From an uncultured delta proteobacterium (GTDB lineage: Bacteria; Desulfobacterota; WTBG01; CAIYCZ01; CAIRTM01): a DNA stretch of 64,000 nt. This document shows positions 1 through 12,081 of the stretch, one piece after another. The stretch's first letter is position 1. Every line of letters begins with the position of its first letter. The position numbers and the translations under genes were made by a program. Location: assembly GCA_963804955.1 (NCBI GenBank), contig CAWDSQ010000032.1:64001-128000 (forward strand), written 5' to 3'. Below the pieces are notes generated by a model, which saw nothing but the letters and a program-made list of their open reading frames with translations, was not told the origin of the DNA and did no database searches.

Positions 1-513
1 TGTATAAAAAAAGCGACATGGTCAAGGCGGTCGTGCTCAGCATTGACAAGGAAAACGAGCGCTTCTCCCTTGGCATCAAGCAGCTTGAGCCCGATCCATG
101 GGAAGAAGTTCCCAAAAAGTACCGCCGCGGCCAGGTTGTAAAGGGCATGATTACCAATATAACTGATTTTGGAATTTTCCTTGAGATTGAGGAAGGCATC
201 GAAGGGCTGGTTCATGTATCGGAAATAGCCGAAGACAAAGCCCAGAACCTGAAAGAATTCGCACAAGGTCGGCGAGCCGCTTGAAGTGCTTATTATCAGC
301 ATAGACAAGCGCAATCGCAAAATCGGTCTCAGCCTTCGCGAACTCCGTCAGGCGCAGGAAGAATTTGCAACTGAAAGGCTATATTGCGCAGCAGGAATCA
401 AGCCCGAATGCAACACTGGGCGATGTTCTCAGAGCTGCCGCTGAGATGAAGGCACAGGAAGCAAAAGATGAAGAAGCCAAAGCAAGATGCAACAGATTGA
501 CAGAAACAAAGTA
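1..513 (+). CDS. rpsA: 30S ribosomal protein S1, C-terminal part (5'-truncated by window; apparent frameshifts near 280 and 370)
   Basis: S1 repeats VKAVVLSIDKENERFSLGIKQL and ITDFGIFLEIEEGIEGLVHVSE; continues out of frame as EVLIISIDKRNRKIGLSLR...ATLGDVL. End approximate. Confidence 0.9.
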
Positions 514-536
514 GCTCCGTCATTTTGTAAAAATCC

Positions 537-577
537 AAGGGAAGGTGCTGGCATTCAGCACCTTCCTTTCTTTTTTC
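537..577 (+). terminator. Rho-independent terminator after rpsA
   Basis: Stem GGAAGGTGCTG-gcatt-CAGCACCTTCC followed by T-rich tract. Confidence 0.7.
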
Positions 578-588
578 AGGATCCGACC

Positions 589-1485
589 ATGAAAAAAAAT
601 TATTTTTTAACAGGCTTTGTCCTCCTTTTTTCCATCGGCATTGCCAGCATACTGGGAGTGTGGCTTTTCAGCAGTCAAACCATTCATTTCGGCAGTTCCC
701 TAACTGGCGGCAGCAAAATTGGTGTTATTGAGGTGGAGGGGGTAATCACCCAATCACGCAGCATAATAAAAACCCTGAACAGCTATAAAAACAACCCCCA
801 TATTAAAGCTATTGTTATTCGCATTGATTCACCCGGCGGCGGAGTTGCCCCCTCCCAGGAAATCTATGAAGAGCTCATAAAAGCACGAGAGAAAAAAGTC
901 CTTATAGCCTCAATGGGTTCAGTTGCTGCATCAGGCGGCTATTATATCGCCTGCGCTGCACATAAAATCTTTGCCAACCCGGGCACCATTACCGGCAGCA
1001 TCGGCGTCATTATAGAATTTGCTAATATTGAAGAACTGCTTGGTAAAATCGGCCTGAAAAGCGTTGTTGTAAAAAGCGGAAAATACAAAGATATTCTTTC
1101 ACCGACCCGTGAACTGGAAAATGATGAAAGAGCACTTATTCAGGGTGTCATAGACAGCATACAGGGTCAATTTATAGATGCCGTTGCACTGGGCCGGAAT
1201 ATTCCACGAGCAAAAATAGCAGAAATAGCCGATGGCAGGATATTTTCCGGCGAACAGGCAAAATCGCTCGGACTCGTTGATGAACTGGGAAATCTTGAGG
1301 ATGCGATTAAATCTGCCGCTGAAAAAGCCGGCATAAGCGGTGAGCCTGATGTCCTATACCCCGAGAAAAAACGCCCATCAATACTGGATTATGTGATTGA
1401 AGAATCCATTTCAAAAATCAGTGAAGTACTAACCAGGGGCACCATGAGCGCACAGTATATTATCCAGTCCAATCACCAGCACTGA
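589..1485 (+). CDS. sppA: Signal peptide peptidase SppA (short form, S49)
   Basis: N-terminal TM; RIDSPGG, SMGSVAASGGYY, TGSIGV, ADGRIFSGEQA motifs; start taken at MKKNY (589), downstream of the terminator. Confidence 0.93.
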   Translation: MKKNYFLTGFVLLFSIGIASILGVWLFSSQTIHFGSSLTGGSKIGVIEVEGVITQSRSIIKTLNSYKNNPHIKAIVIRIDSPGGGVAPSQEIYEELIKAREKKVLIASMGSVAASGGYYIACAAHKIFANPGTITGSIGVIIEFANIEELLGKIGLKSVVVKSGKYKDILSPTRELENDERALIQGVIDSIQGQFIDAVALGRNIPRAKIAEIADGRIFSGEQAKSLGLVDELGNLEDAIKSAAEKAGISGEPDVLYPEKKRPSILDYVIEESISKISEVLTRGTMSAQYIIQSNHQH

Positions 1486-1548
1486 GACTCAATGAGGATA
1501 GAGGAAAAACGCCAGTTTGCGGCGAAACACCGTGATTCAGGAGGAGTA

Positions 1549-1846
1549 TATGGCAATTGCAGAAGTAAGCATTGTGCCCTTGGCACTGCAACGACAAGCG
1601 TCAGCGATTTTGTGGCAGGAGCTGTAAGCATTTTACAAACTTCAGGCCTCCGCTTTGAGCTGACCGCAATGGGAACAATGATTGAAGGCGATCTTGTGAA
1701 CGGTTATGGAAACAATACAAAAAATGCATGAGACGCCCTTCACCAAAGGCGTACAGCGTGTGTATACTGTTATTAAGATCGATGACCGCCGCGACAAACA
1801 GACAGGCATGGATTACAAGGTGCATTCTGTTCAGGATAAGCTGTAG
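1549..1846 (+). CDS. MTH1187/YkoF-like thiamine-binding protein (DUF77), frameshifted
   Basis: MAIAEVSIVP(LG)...SVSDFVA...LTAMGTMIEGD...VYTVIKIDDRRDK read across frames; GGAG RBS upstream. Confidence 0.8.
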
Positions 1847-1849
1847 TTA

Positions 1850-2001
1850 AGAGTATTTTCTAAACACTGCAGCCTTTCATAAAAGGCCATCTTCCTAAAA
1901 CGAATCACTATCCGTTCGCCCTGAACCTGTCGAAGGGCCGAATGACCAATGAGCGACAGTTCCGTGCATGGTCACCTTTGACAGGTTCAGGTTCACACGA
2001 A
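1850..2001. repeat. Degenerate MITE-like end plus REP-like palindrome (CCGTTCG family)
   Basis: AGAGTATTTTCTAAACACTGCA resembles 25901 and 51631; TCCGTTCGCCCTGAACCTGTCGAAGGG...TTTGACAGGTTCAGG resembles 25958 and 29771. Confidence 0.6.
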
Positions 2002-2152
2002 AGAAAGTCCATGCGAGCTGTAGAATGCAGCTGCAAGATAATGAAAAATGCAGTTCAACCACATTGTAAAATCAACATATGCAGCGCGCTTACATATTGC
2101 CAGCCTGCTGATGCTGCATGCTATGTCCCATCGTCAGCTTCATTACAACGCA

Positions 2153-2188
2153 ATAAAAAAACCCGCTTATGCAGCGGGTTTTTTTATT
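2153..2188. terminator. Bidirectional Rho-independent terminator
   Basis: ATAAAAAAACCCGCT-tatgc-AGCGGGTTTTTTTAT between convergent genes. Confidence 0.8.
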
Positions 2189-2201
2189 GAAATCATAAAC
2201 C

Positions 2202-3479
2202 TTAAAAGGTTTTCTGCAAATTGCCAACGGTAAACATATCTGCAGGAACATCGATGGTAATTTTCGGCTTATAAAAATAATCCTGGTCGCTGAGGCCGGA
2301 GTGGTTGCGCTGAAAATCCTGAAACTGCGTGCCGACAATAAAGGGTTTTATCTGACCTATCTCTGTCGGCAGGCACGTGTATTATTCATAAAGCACTTCC
2401 AGAACTTGCCGTTTGAATCATACAGTTCAGTCCAGAGAATAATATATGTTTCAGGATCAACATACCAGACTCTCTTGCCGTAAATATAGTTGGGGTCCTT
2501 GCTGATTACATCAACGACAATGGTATTGCAGCGCTCAATAGTTAAGCCGTTCACAAGCCCCTGACCATCCTGGCGGGTCGTGGCCTTCATATCCGTATGC
2601 CTGCTGCACAGCAGGTCTTTTTTACCCTTCAGCGTATAATTATTTCTGGTCAGCTGGCCATCCCACAGATATTCATCATCATAAATAAGGTCGGAACCGT
2701 CGATGGAATCGGTTCGCTGGGCGGTTGACATTCTCCTGATGCGCCGGAACTGGCTGTACCACAGATATGCATCATCTTCTTTTTTAGGATCTTCATAGCG
2801 AATATTGAACATGCGGGTATTTAAAAATTCTGCAGGCTTAAACATATTAAGAAAATACGCGCGATGCATGGCCTTTGGGATTGTCTGCTACTGCAGGCAG
2901 GGGCTCTTTTTCCGTGCGATGCATGAAAAAAAATTCGGTATACTCCTGATCAGCCAGGCGCTCTGTTTTGCTTTTCGGGGTAATATTCGGGCCATATCTG
3001 CGATACTTTGCAGAGTCGCCATGATTATTGAACTCAAAATTATATGCTACCTCAAGGCCGTCTTTCGGCTCAGGGAAAGGGCGGCCGGCAATTGCAGCAT
3101 AATTTGCTATTGTGCCGTCAGGGTTCTTTTTTACCGTGGGCGCGTACTTCTTCGTTGCCTCGCAAAATCCCTTGGTTTCCTTAACCGGCTGATAGGCAAC
3201 AACAGTAAAAAAATTACCCTCAGGGGGTGCGCCCCATTTTTCAGGCTCTTTCAAAAGGCCGACATAGGATTCAGGAATAAAGGCCGCAACCTGGTCGACA
3301 TTTGTTTTGTCGATCTTTTTCCCGACCCAGGTCTTTTCCCACTCTTTGACTTTTGCAAGCTCATCGGGGGTGTACGCAGTACCAATCACTTCCTGTGCTC
3401 CTGCAAGCGCCGGTGCAAGACAAAGCATGAACGCCCCGAGAAGCGGCAAACCAAACATCTGATTCCATCTCTTCCTCAT
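2202..3479 (-). CDS. DUF1329 family periplasmic protein (LolA-like fold), frameshifted
   Basis: Signal peptide; GRPFPEPKDGLEVAYN, DDAYLWYSQFRRIRRMSTAQRTDSIDGSDL, YIYGKRVWYVDPET, ending MFTVGNLQKTF. Confidence 0.8.
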
Positions 3480-3524
3480 TACCTGTTCCTCCCAATAAAG
3501 TTTATACTACAAAAACTCTATGAA

Positions 3525-5105
3525 TTAAAATTCATACCGCAGGCGGAAAATCAGGCTGTCCTTATGGGCATACGCATCTCCGACATACTCATTTCTTGGC
3601 GCCGCCATAAAACTTTGCGCCAATATCGGCCCGCCAGTGCTCGCCGGGGAACATATAGGTAAAGCACGGCACGATAAACCATTTCTGGCACATCAGGTTA
3701 TAGTTGCCGTTAAATACAAAAACCCAGGAGGTGTTGAACATTTCCTGCTTTAGAAAACCGGATAGCGGTCTGGGTATAGGGGTCGTCTCTGCGATGATTG
3801 TACCCGACATCGACAACAAGGTCTTCATCCATATTACGGATATACTCGACATAATAGGTTAAGCTGAGATCGGTAAATTTACCTGTGCCGATATGCCTGG
3901 GTCCACCAGGGAATCTCGAACTTGTCATTCCATTGAATCGCCACGCCCAGCATGTCATTCTTGGCCCTGTCATAGACGCCCTGTAATTTACCGTCAGTTC
4001 CCAGGTTGCCCGGATTGTCAAGCATATAGAACCATTCAAGGCGCCATACGGAGTTGTGCAGGGGCTGAATAACCGTCTGGGCCGTGCCGCCGAAGGTCTG
4101 ATAGCGTTTAAAGCGGAAAACATCGCCGCCCTTCCAGGCCTTGCCATTGGCGGGCTTATCAGGTATCAGGCCGACGACATTGGGGAGAGCATAATTGTTG
4201 CCATAGTCAACTGCGCGGTTGGCGTCTGCTATTGGATTGTCGCTCTTTGCATTCCAGTACAGCACGGACCAGTCTATGTCATAGGTATAGCCCTGAACTC
4301 TGAAGCCGAGCTCCCAGTTGTCGGTTGCCCATCCGGTTGGAGCATCGCGCATCCACTTGGACTGCTGCCAGTGGAAGATGCCGTCGGTATCGTACTTGGG
4401 ATTAAATGCGCTCTGGTTATGGGGCGTGCCCCAGTGGGTGCCTTCATAGGGAAGGTACTGCGGCTGATAATAGCCGGGATTGATGATATTCTCAAAAATA
4501 AGATTGCCGGGCAGCGATGACTGATAGGTGGTTCTGATCATCCAGAGGCCCTTCTTGATCTCTTCCCAGTTGTCGACGCCGGGCACGCCCAGGCGCAGGT
4601 CAAGGGGGTTCACGACATCGGCCACGCGCTGCACATCGAGCTGGCCCCAGATGACGATCTGCTTGCCGACGCGCACATCCCATGGGCCCTTCACAAAACT
4701 GACATAGGACTCCGTCACTATATCTTCAAACCTTCTTGGGCTCTGATATTTTTGAATATCATCGTGGGCCATAAACCGGTGGACTTTATCATCATAGGAT
4801 GGCGATGCTTCATACCAGTAGCGCAGGCCGTTGAACCAGGTGATGTTCATTTCGGGTGATTCTTTGAGCTTGTAGATGCTTTCAAAATACAGTGAGGTTT
4901 GAGCAAAATCGACTCGAGAATCGTGATACTTTTCCTCCCCCTTGTCCCAGCTGGTCCGGTAATAAACAGTCTCCTTGGCAAAGCCGCTTATCTCGAGCCT
5001 GCCGTCAAGAAACTGCTCCGATGCCAGCGCAGGCCTGCCGGTGCACATCAGTATGCACGCGCAGACTGCAAACGAGCAGAGTGCTGCTATGAAGCTTTTC
5101 CTCAT
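3525..5105 (-). CDS. DUF1302 family outer-membrane beta-barrel protein, frameshifted
   Basis: Signal peptide; RVGKQIVIWGQLD..RVADVVNPLD motif; C-terminal DSLIFRLRYEF barrel signature; adjacent to DUF1329. Confidence 0.75.
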
Positions 5106-5281
5106 GTTCCCTCCTTTTTCGAAAAATTAATCTTACAAGCCTATTACTTTTTCGTAAAATTTTGTTGAAAAAGTACCACACCAAAAAAAGGAATTCAATG
5201 ATTATCTAAACATTTTTACATTAAAATTTGAGCGCCATCTTTCTTCTTTCCTGCACCTACACGGGACTTCATGCCCGATTT

Positions 5282-5313
5282 AAAAAAAGCCCCCTGCCGT
5301 GAACAGGGGGCTT
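5282..5313 (-). terminator. Rho-independent terminator after RND gene
   Basis: AAGCCCCCTG/CAGGGGGCTT stem with T-tract on the minus strand. Confidence 0.65.
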
Positions 5314-5350
5314 GAAGGATCAATCTGACATTACGGCGTTATCCTGCACA

Positions 5351-7848
5351 TTATCCCCTGTCGCTGCGCGCAATGCCCTTTGGCTTAAAGAGCGCTACGA
5401 AGGCAGGAACAACATAGATCGTAGCAATCATGCTGCACAGCCCCATGATGATGAAAAGATTGCAGGTTACGGACAGCGGGCATAAAATGCGGCAGCGTAA
5501 AAGGTCCAAGAACATAAATAAATCCCACCAGTATGCTCATGGCAATATACATGACTCGCTTTGCCGGTCGTGCTCATGGCATCGGCTATGGCCTGGTCCC
5601 AGGATTTGCTGGCCGCATAGCCTGCAGCGATGCGGTTCAGCATATACAGCACACCGCAGACAAAGAGACTGTAGCCGATCATGATATACGGCAGTGTTTC
5701 AACCGTCAGAGGTGCCGTATTGGGCATGGACGAATACTTAAAGGTCATTGATGCGGCAAACAGCAGCGGCAGCAGCGAGATGTAAGCCGACCAGGCAACG
5801 AGCCGAAACGCACGGCTATTATGGCAGTGATTGCAAGAGTGGCGAAAATAAAAGTCCAGAAAAAATACATCCGGACACAATCGTTAACATCTGCCTGAAT
5901 GCCGATCGCGCCTGCGCCGATGCGGTAATACATATGCGGAAACTTATCGACCTGCGGTTTTTCAGGCAGCAGCGGCTCGGGCTTAGAGATCATGCTGTCA
6001 AGGCTGCGCATGAATGTGTCAGGATACTGCTCATCGCTCTGGCGGATGCCGAAGCGGGACTGCATGGGTTATGTACTCGCGGATCCGCTGCATGAGCGGT
6101 TTGATAACGCTTTCGGTTTTATCCCGGCAGTAAATATACATGCACAGGGCTTTATGATCCTCGTCGATGAATTTGTCCATGGCGCCGGGAGCCGCCATAT
6201 TGACGGTACTGCCAAACTGCATTTGAACCTGACCGTCGACGGCTGGCACAAATGTCCAGTTCGGATCGTTTTCATGGAGTCCGCGACCGCGTGCGGGCAT
6301 TGTCTGGTGCGCAAACACAGGGGCTGCCACAATGGGCCCCATTTTAGGATCCATGGGTGTGCGGCTCAGATACCGGCAGAATTCCATGGAGTCGCGCAGC
6401 ATGGCCGGATTATTCTCTAGCGCCATCTGTTCAGCGCCTTGCGCAATGATCAGCATCGGCGTTAAAAGCGAAAATCCAGCAAAACTCATACGGAATGCAT
6501 CCATATTGTAGCGGTGCCAGGGCAGCAGCGTCGAGTGAGCCGGGAGACGCATTGCCGTAGAAAATTTTATTCATGGAGGCAAGCCCCATGATCGTGCCAA
6601 GCAGGATGATGACGATAACGGCGTATTTGCCCCAGCCGCAGATCCAGCGTGCCGAGCGCTTCATGAATTTGGCTTCTTTGGATTTCTGCGGCGCAACCGG
6701 CATGTAGGTCAGCAGCGCAGGTACAAAACCGACGGCGATGATAAACGAAGCAAAAGCCCAGAAAATACCCGACAGGAATAATGGACGCAGACCCGGCAGG
6801 GGCGCAAGCGCGACCAGCGCAAGGCAGATGGCCGCAATAAGCATTGCCGTGGCGCAGGGGCCGTACAGCCCGATAATCGTGGCCTTTGCCGCCTTTATGG
6901 CATCAGAGCCTGCGGCACGTTCAGCGGCAAATCGCTTGATGAAAAATACGGCATTGGCCACTGCTATCATCGAGATAAACAGCGGCAGCGCAAACAGCGC
7001 GGGATCGAGATTGAATTTAAAGAAACCGAGGAAGCCAAGCCCCCAGATCGAACTAAGAATGCCCGGCCAGGACGGCAATAATAGCACCCTTCACGTCCCG
7101 AAGCGACAGAAACAGGATAATAAAAATCAGCACCACCGAAAGCGCGATCATTTTAAGCACAGAAGGTATCATGGATTTTATAAAGCCCTTTTCCACGGGC
7201 AGACTGTTGATCAGCACCCTGATATTCTTGTTTTCATATTTTCTGCGCAGATCCTGCAGCTTTTGAAAAATATCATCATAGTCAGCCTTTCCCTCCAGAA
7301 AGTCGGCCATTATGAGCGTTGTTTTGCTGTCAAAAGAAACAAGCACGGGATAGGGAATACCCTCATACACTTTTAAGCGGAGGTCATCCATCTCTGCCGG
7401 GTGTCTTGGGCAGGTCCGGAAACATGATGGAATTCATTTTCATACCGAAAGACGATATCTGAATGTCCTTCAGCTTGGAGGAGTACAGGTCGAACATCTT
7501 GTTGCGGTCCATACCGGGAAACAAATCAGGATTCCTCAAATCAGTATCGATGTCTTTCACCATCTGGAGCGTTTCATGATTAAAAATATCATCATAGGCG
7601 CCGCCATCCTCCTTATCGCGGACCTGCAGCGCAATATACAGCAGATTGGTGCCCCCGAATATTTTTCTGGCTTCGTCTTCAAGCTTGATATTGGGATAGC
7701 CTTCTGGCCGCAGGCCGGCGTCGATGGATTTAAAGCTCAGGCCGGTCGCAGCGGCAATCAGGAAAACAACCGTGAGAACGAAAATGCCCAGCACAACGGC
7801 CAGCCTTTTTTCTATAATAAAATCAGCAAAACGATTTTTCATGGTCAT
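5351..7848 (-). CDS. RND/MMPL family transporter, several frameshifts
   Basis: Pieces 7384-7905, 7053-7391, 6431-7087, 6031-6552, 5745-6065 and 5467-5880 give two TM bundles with periplasmic loops (FGGTNLLYIAL; AMSTTGKA); usual partner of DUF1302/DUF1329/YCF48. Confidence 0.8.
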
Positions 7849-7874
7849 AAACCCCTTTCTGAAAAGGATGGGAA

Positions 7875-9019
7875 TTAATACTGTTCCGGTAAAGACTTTC
7901 GCCAAAGGGCGCCAAACAAATTGAACGGCTTGAAAATTTTATCGGTGACATCTTTTGCCACGGGAAAATCCTTGACCGTGTAATAAATGCCCGCCCGGAA
8001 TTTCCAGGTCTTGCCGCCATCATCTGTGAGCACAATGGTATCGCTGGCTCCCACGGCAATGCCTTTATTGGGATTGATGAAAGCAATATCCCGCAGCCAC
8101 CAGCCGGTTTTGATAGCACCATCCTGAATTTTCCAGGACTTGCCGCCGTCATTGGACATAAACAGGGAGCCGCGGTCGCCGACCGCCCATCCTTTAGTTG
8201 CCTTTTATGAACAGGCTGTACACGCCGAGATTTTTCTCAGCCGTAAAGCTTTCCCAGGTGGCGCCGGCATCGGCGCTGTACAGAAACAGGGAATCCATCC
8301 CGCAGGCGACAAAGGTCGTTTTATCTTTTGCAATGATTCCATAGAGCGATTGGCGGGGTTTTTCAATTTCTTCATCAATGCTGGCCCGCTCAAATATCTT
8401 CGGCTGGATACTGGTCCAGGTCTTGCCGCCATCGACGGTTCTGAACATGGTGCCTGTCTCGCCGACGACAACACCGGTATTCTGGTCCACAAAAGCGACA
8501 TTGTTCAGAGTCTTGTCCTGCTCCTGGCCCTGCACGGACCAGGTGGCGCCGCCGTCCTGCGTATGAAGAATCAGGCCCATTTCACCGACAGCCCAGCCCA
8601 GCTTTTCATTCAAGAAAACAAATACCGAACAGATGTTTATCGGTATTTGTTTTTTGCTTTACCCAGGTTGCGCCGCCATCGCTTGTATGCAGCATGATGC
8701 CGCTGATACCGGCAACCCAGCCTACTTTGGCATTGAGAAAAACGCCGTCGACCAAGAAGACTGTTGACGCCTGAATTTTGCGCATTCCCAGGTTTCTCCT
8801 GCATCAGAAGAATGATAGATGACTCCGTAATTGCCGACCACCCAGATGTTTTTATCATCAGGGCGCAATCACGCCATGAAGATTCTCTTTAGTGACAGTC
8901 TTTACCGGCGGTTCCGGCTTGGCTGCGGCCTGCTCCGCAGCACCAGACCAACTGCTGATGCAAAACCCTAGCATGCACATGGTTGCCAATAAAACCCCAA
9001 GTCTCCATAGCTTCTTCAT
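7875..9019 (-). CDS. YCF48-like BNR/Asp-box beta-propeller protein, frameshifted
   Basis: Repeated GWAVG..G.ILHTQDGGATW / T.DGGKTW motifs; N-terminal signal or lipoprotein peptide. Confidence 0.85.
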
Positions 9020-9250
9020 CCATCCTTCTCCTTTATATTATTATGAAAATAATAAAATTAGATGAACCCATAGCTAACATCTACGCAGGGTACGCACAGC
9101 ATTAAAAGATTAGAAAAAAGCTTAACGGGATTATTATGTGTTGTTAAATACAACTTACTATCAGGGTACTGACATCGTCATATGCGTAGAAAAAAAGGGC
9201 TTGTTTTGTTTAAGCCCTGTTCACTTAAGGTCCCACATATTTTGCAGACA

Positions 9251-9314
9251 AAATTTTCTTGACAGAAAGTTGGTCATAGTTTATCTGTTTAGGAATCGTA
9301 AGTCAAGAAAATTT
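9251..9314. promoter_or_regulatory. Overlapping divergent sigma70-like promoters inside a perfect 13-bp inverted repeat
   Basis: AAATTTTCTTGAC (9251-9263) and GTCAAGAAAATTT (9302-9314); minus strand TTGACT-17nt-TAAACT; plus strand TTGACA with weaker -10. Confidence 0.55.
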
Positions 9315-9373
9315 AGGGCAATTCAGCCCAAATAAAATTGAACCATTCGCAAGATTACAGCTAGGAGGAAACA

Positions 9374-10736
9374 GTGAAAAGTGCATATGATCTTATAGTC
9401 GTCGGAGCCGGGCCTGCTGGACTGACCGCAGCCAAAATCGCAGCTGAAAACGGTCTTTCAGTTGCTCTGCTGGAAAGAAAAAACTCGGTTGAAGAGATCC
9501 TGAGAATGTGCGGCATGATGATTGTGTCGCTTTCCGGATCATACATGGGTGAACGCGTCGTTCTCAATGAAGATGCAGGGCTTCTCTGCTTCCCCAACAA
9601 CGGCTTCAGCGTAAAGTATGACGGCCCGACCAAGGACTTCTACACCTGGCAAATGTATTCGCCCAATGGCGAAATGTTCACTTTTGGAAATTATGCAGCC
9701 AATCTCGCAAAGGGCAAGGAAGGCCGTGCAAGCGCCGTATATGACAAAAGCTGGTTTCTGGCCGGCCTGCTCTCAGAGTGCAAAAAGCTGGGCGTCCAGG
9801 TGTTTACCGGTGAAAACGTCATTGATGTCCGCAAAAAGGCTGAGGGCGTTGAAGTGCAGACCGCCAGCGGCAAACATTTCACCGGCGCATTTGCCATTGC
9901 CGCCGACGGCCGCAATTCGCGGGTAGCCCGGGTTATGGGCATGAATAAAAACCGCGACTTTTACGGCTCCGTCACCTCGATCGGCTATGAAATGACCAAC
10001 CTGAATCTTCCTGAGCCCTATGCGCTGCATATGCCCCTTGTGCAGAGCGGCGATCCGCCCATGCTCGGCTTTATTTGCCCCAGGGCCTGGGACAATGAGG
10101 GTGAATACACCTGGCTGGTCATGATAACCAATGTCGATCCCAATACCGACCATGAAAGCCTTTTTGACCTGTTTACCCAGAAAAGCCGTTATGCCTCCTG
10201 GTTCAAGGGCGGCAAAAAGGTTCGCAAATGCGGCTGCGCCGGGAATATGTACTCGCCAATTATTCACCCTTTTAAAGACAATGTAATTTTTGCCGGTGAT
10301 TCGGGATGGTGCCAGGAAGCTGAAATGACCGGAGCAGTGATGAGCGGCTGGAAGGCAGGCAGCGCTGTCGTTCTTGCCATGCTTGAAGGCAAGCTCAATC
10401 AGCAGGGCGTACAAACATATCTTGACTGGTGGCGCACACGCCCATATCGAAAAGTGCGATTACAAAGTATTCCTGAAGAATCTCTATATGCCGGTGCTGT
10501 GCAACGACAAGGAAATCGACTACATCTTCAGCAAAATCAATTTCGTGCTTCCGACCGTCCTTGACCCGTATGAAGTGCCCGAAAACATTGGCAAAGCTTT
10601 GATGAAGATCATGCCCGACATCCAGAAAGAGCGCCCCGATCTGATTAAAAAAATGGCCGGGTTCAATGACCTGCCTCCTGAAGTCGTTCTGAAAAAAACC
10701 ATTCGTTCGGGATTCAACTGCAGCTTTACGACGTGA
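9374..10736 (+). CDS. FAD-dependent oxidoreductase, geranylgeranyl reductase/FixC-like family; frameshift near 10440
   Basis: YDLIVVGAGPAG, IAADGRNSRVA, VIFAGDSG...GAVMSG motifs; C-terminus in ORF 10374-10736. Confidence 0.8.
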
Positions 10737-10854
10737 TGATCAGACACTTTTAAATATTATATTGAAGCGTTCGGACGGCTACATGAAACCGTGCGAACGC
10801 TTTTATTTTACTGTTTGTCATTCGACCTAACACCACAGAAAAGGGAGAGGAACT

Positions 10855-11994
10855 ATGAAGCAAAACCGTATGGCTTTTATGATGGCGGCACTTTTGCTGG
10901 TAGTGTGCTGCGCCAGCACGGCACTGTCTGCCGAACCGAAAAAAGGTCTCCTTGTCTATGACTCTATTTACAGTTCAACGCCTGAAGTAGCCTACTGGCT
11001 CAAGGCCATCATCGGCAATGAACAGCCCCTTGATGTCAAAAAAATCGATCAGGTCATCACCGTCAAGCCCTATGATTACGTGATCATCGGCAGCTACTCC
11101 AAATGGGAAAAAGCATCCCCCCGCATTTACAAATTCATTGAAAAGAACCAGATGGAACTTGCCCAGAAGCAGGTCTGCTACTTCCTGCTCGGCGGCGACT
11201 GGGATGAAACCATGCTGCTGAAGGCTCCCGGGGCGCCGATTAAACTGATTGCGGGCAGAAACTATCTATTCGATATCAAGGAAAAATTCCCGAGTATCAA
11301 GCCGATCGTCATCGGCGGCTTCGGCGGCCGGCAGGTGATGCCCTCACTGAACGGACAGGACGGATTCATGATCTGGGTGCTGGAGCGCCTGTCACGCGAG
11401 GGCGCTCACTGGGTCGGCCTCGATATCTGGGAATCCCTGGTGCCCGCCCGTGTTGAAGTGTACGGCAATGAAATACGCACGAAGATCCTCGGCCTGGAGC
11501 CCCTGCCGCCTGCAGAGGTGCAGAAGTACCGCGGGTTCTGGAATTCGCTGCAGCCCGCATCGCTTGCCGATCCTTCAAAAGTCAAAACGACAAACCTGAT
11601 CTCAAAAGACAACGGCGAAACCTGGGTTCCCGTCGCCGAGCGGCCCTACACTCTTAAGCTCAGCTCAAAAAAATCATACTACTCGCGCTCAAGAATCAAG
11701 GCCGATCTGCCCACAACCGCCAAGCTTCTGGCCGAGTGGGCGAAAAAAGACGGCTTTGAGCTGAAGGAAGAACGGAAGGCCGACTACATGACCTGGTACA
11801 CGGCCAGTAAAAAGGTTGATGGCAAGGATGCCACTCTTTCTATCGTCATGGCCACCATGCCCGACGATCCGGGCAATGTGCACGTTTCCTTCCGGTCCTG
11901 GGAAAAACCGGAAAAGCGCAAGGCTCTTGAAGAATCGGCAGCCAAAGCCGAGCAGTTTATCTGGGCCGACGGCAGAAAGGTCGAAGGCAGATAA
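10855..11994 (+). CDS. Secreted flavodoxin-like protein (HemG/Flavodoxin_5-like N-domain) with extra C-terminal domain
   Basis: Signal peptide ending ALSA; LLVYDSIYSSTPEVAYWL...YDYVIIGS...YKFIEKNQMELAQKQVCYF matches the long-chain HemG-type flavodoxin pattern. Confidence 0.65.
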   Translation: MKQNRMAFMMAALLLVVCCASTALSAEPKKGLLVYDSIYSSTPEVAYWLKAIIGNEQPLDVKKIDQVITVKPYDYVIIGSYSKWEKASPRIYKFIEKNQMELAQKQVCYFLLGGDWDETMLLKAPGAPIKLIAGRNYLFDIKEKFPSIKPIVIGGFGGRQVMPSLNGQDGFMIWVLERLSREGAHWVGLDIWESLVPARVEVYGNEIRTKILGLEPLPPAEVQKYRGFWNSLQPASLADPSKVKTTNLISKDNGETWVPVAERPYTLKLSSKKSYYSRSRIKADLPTTAKLLAEWAKKDGFELKEERKADYMTWYTASKKVDGKDATLSIVMATMPDDPGNVHVSFRSWEKPEKRKALEESAAKAEQFIWADGRKVEGR

Positions 11995-12020
11995 CCAGGC
12001 ACTGCACTGCAGAATGTGAC

Positions 12021-12053
12021 AAGAGGCAGGCGCATGTCCTGCCTCTTTTTTTT
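12021..12053 (+). terminator. Rho-independent terminator
   Basis: AAGAGGCAGG-cgcatgt-CCTGCCTCTT plus T-tract. Confidence 0.7.
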
Positions 12054-12081
12054 CAAACAACCTTAGCAGGGAGGCAAATCC

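Noticed and set aside
7875..9019. YCF48 as evidence of photosystem II or phototrophy
   Set aside because: Generic BNR-repeat propeller regularly found with RND/DUF1302/DUF1329; no photosynthesis genes in the window.
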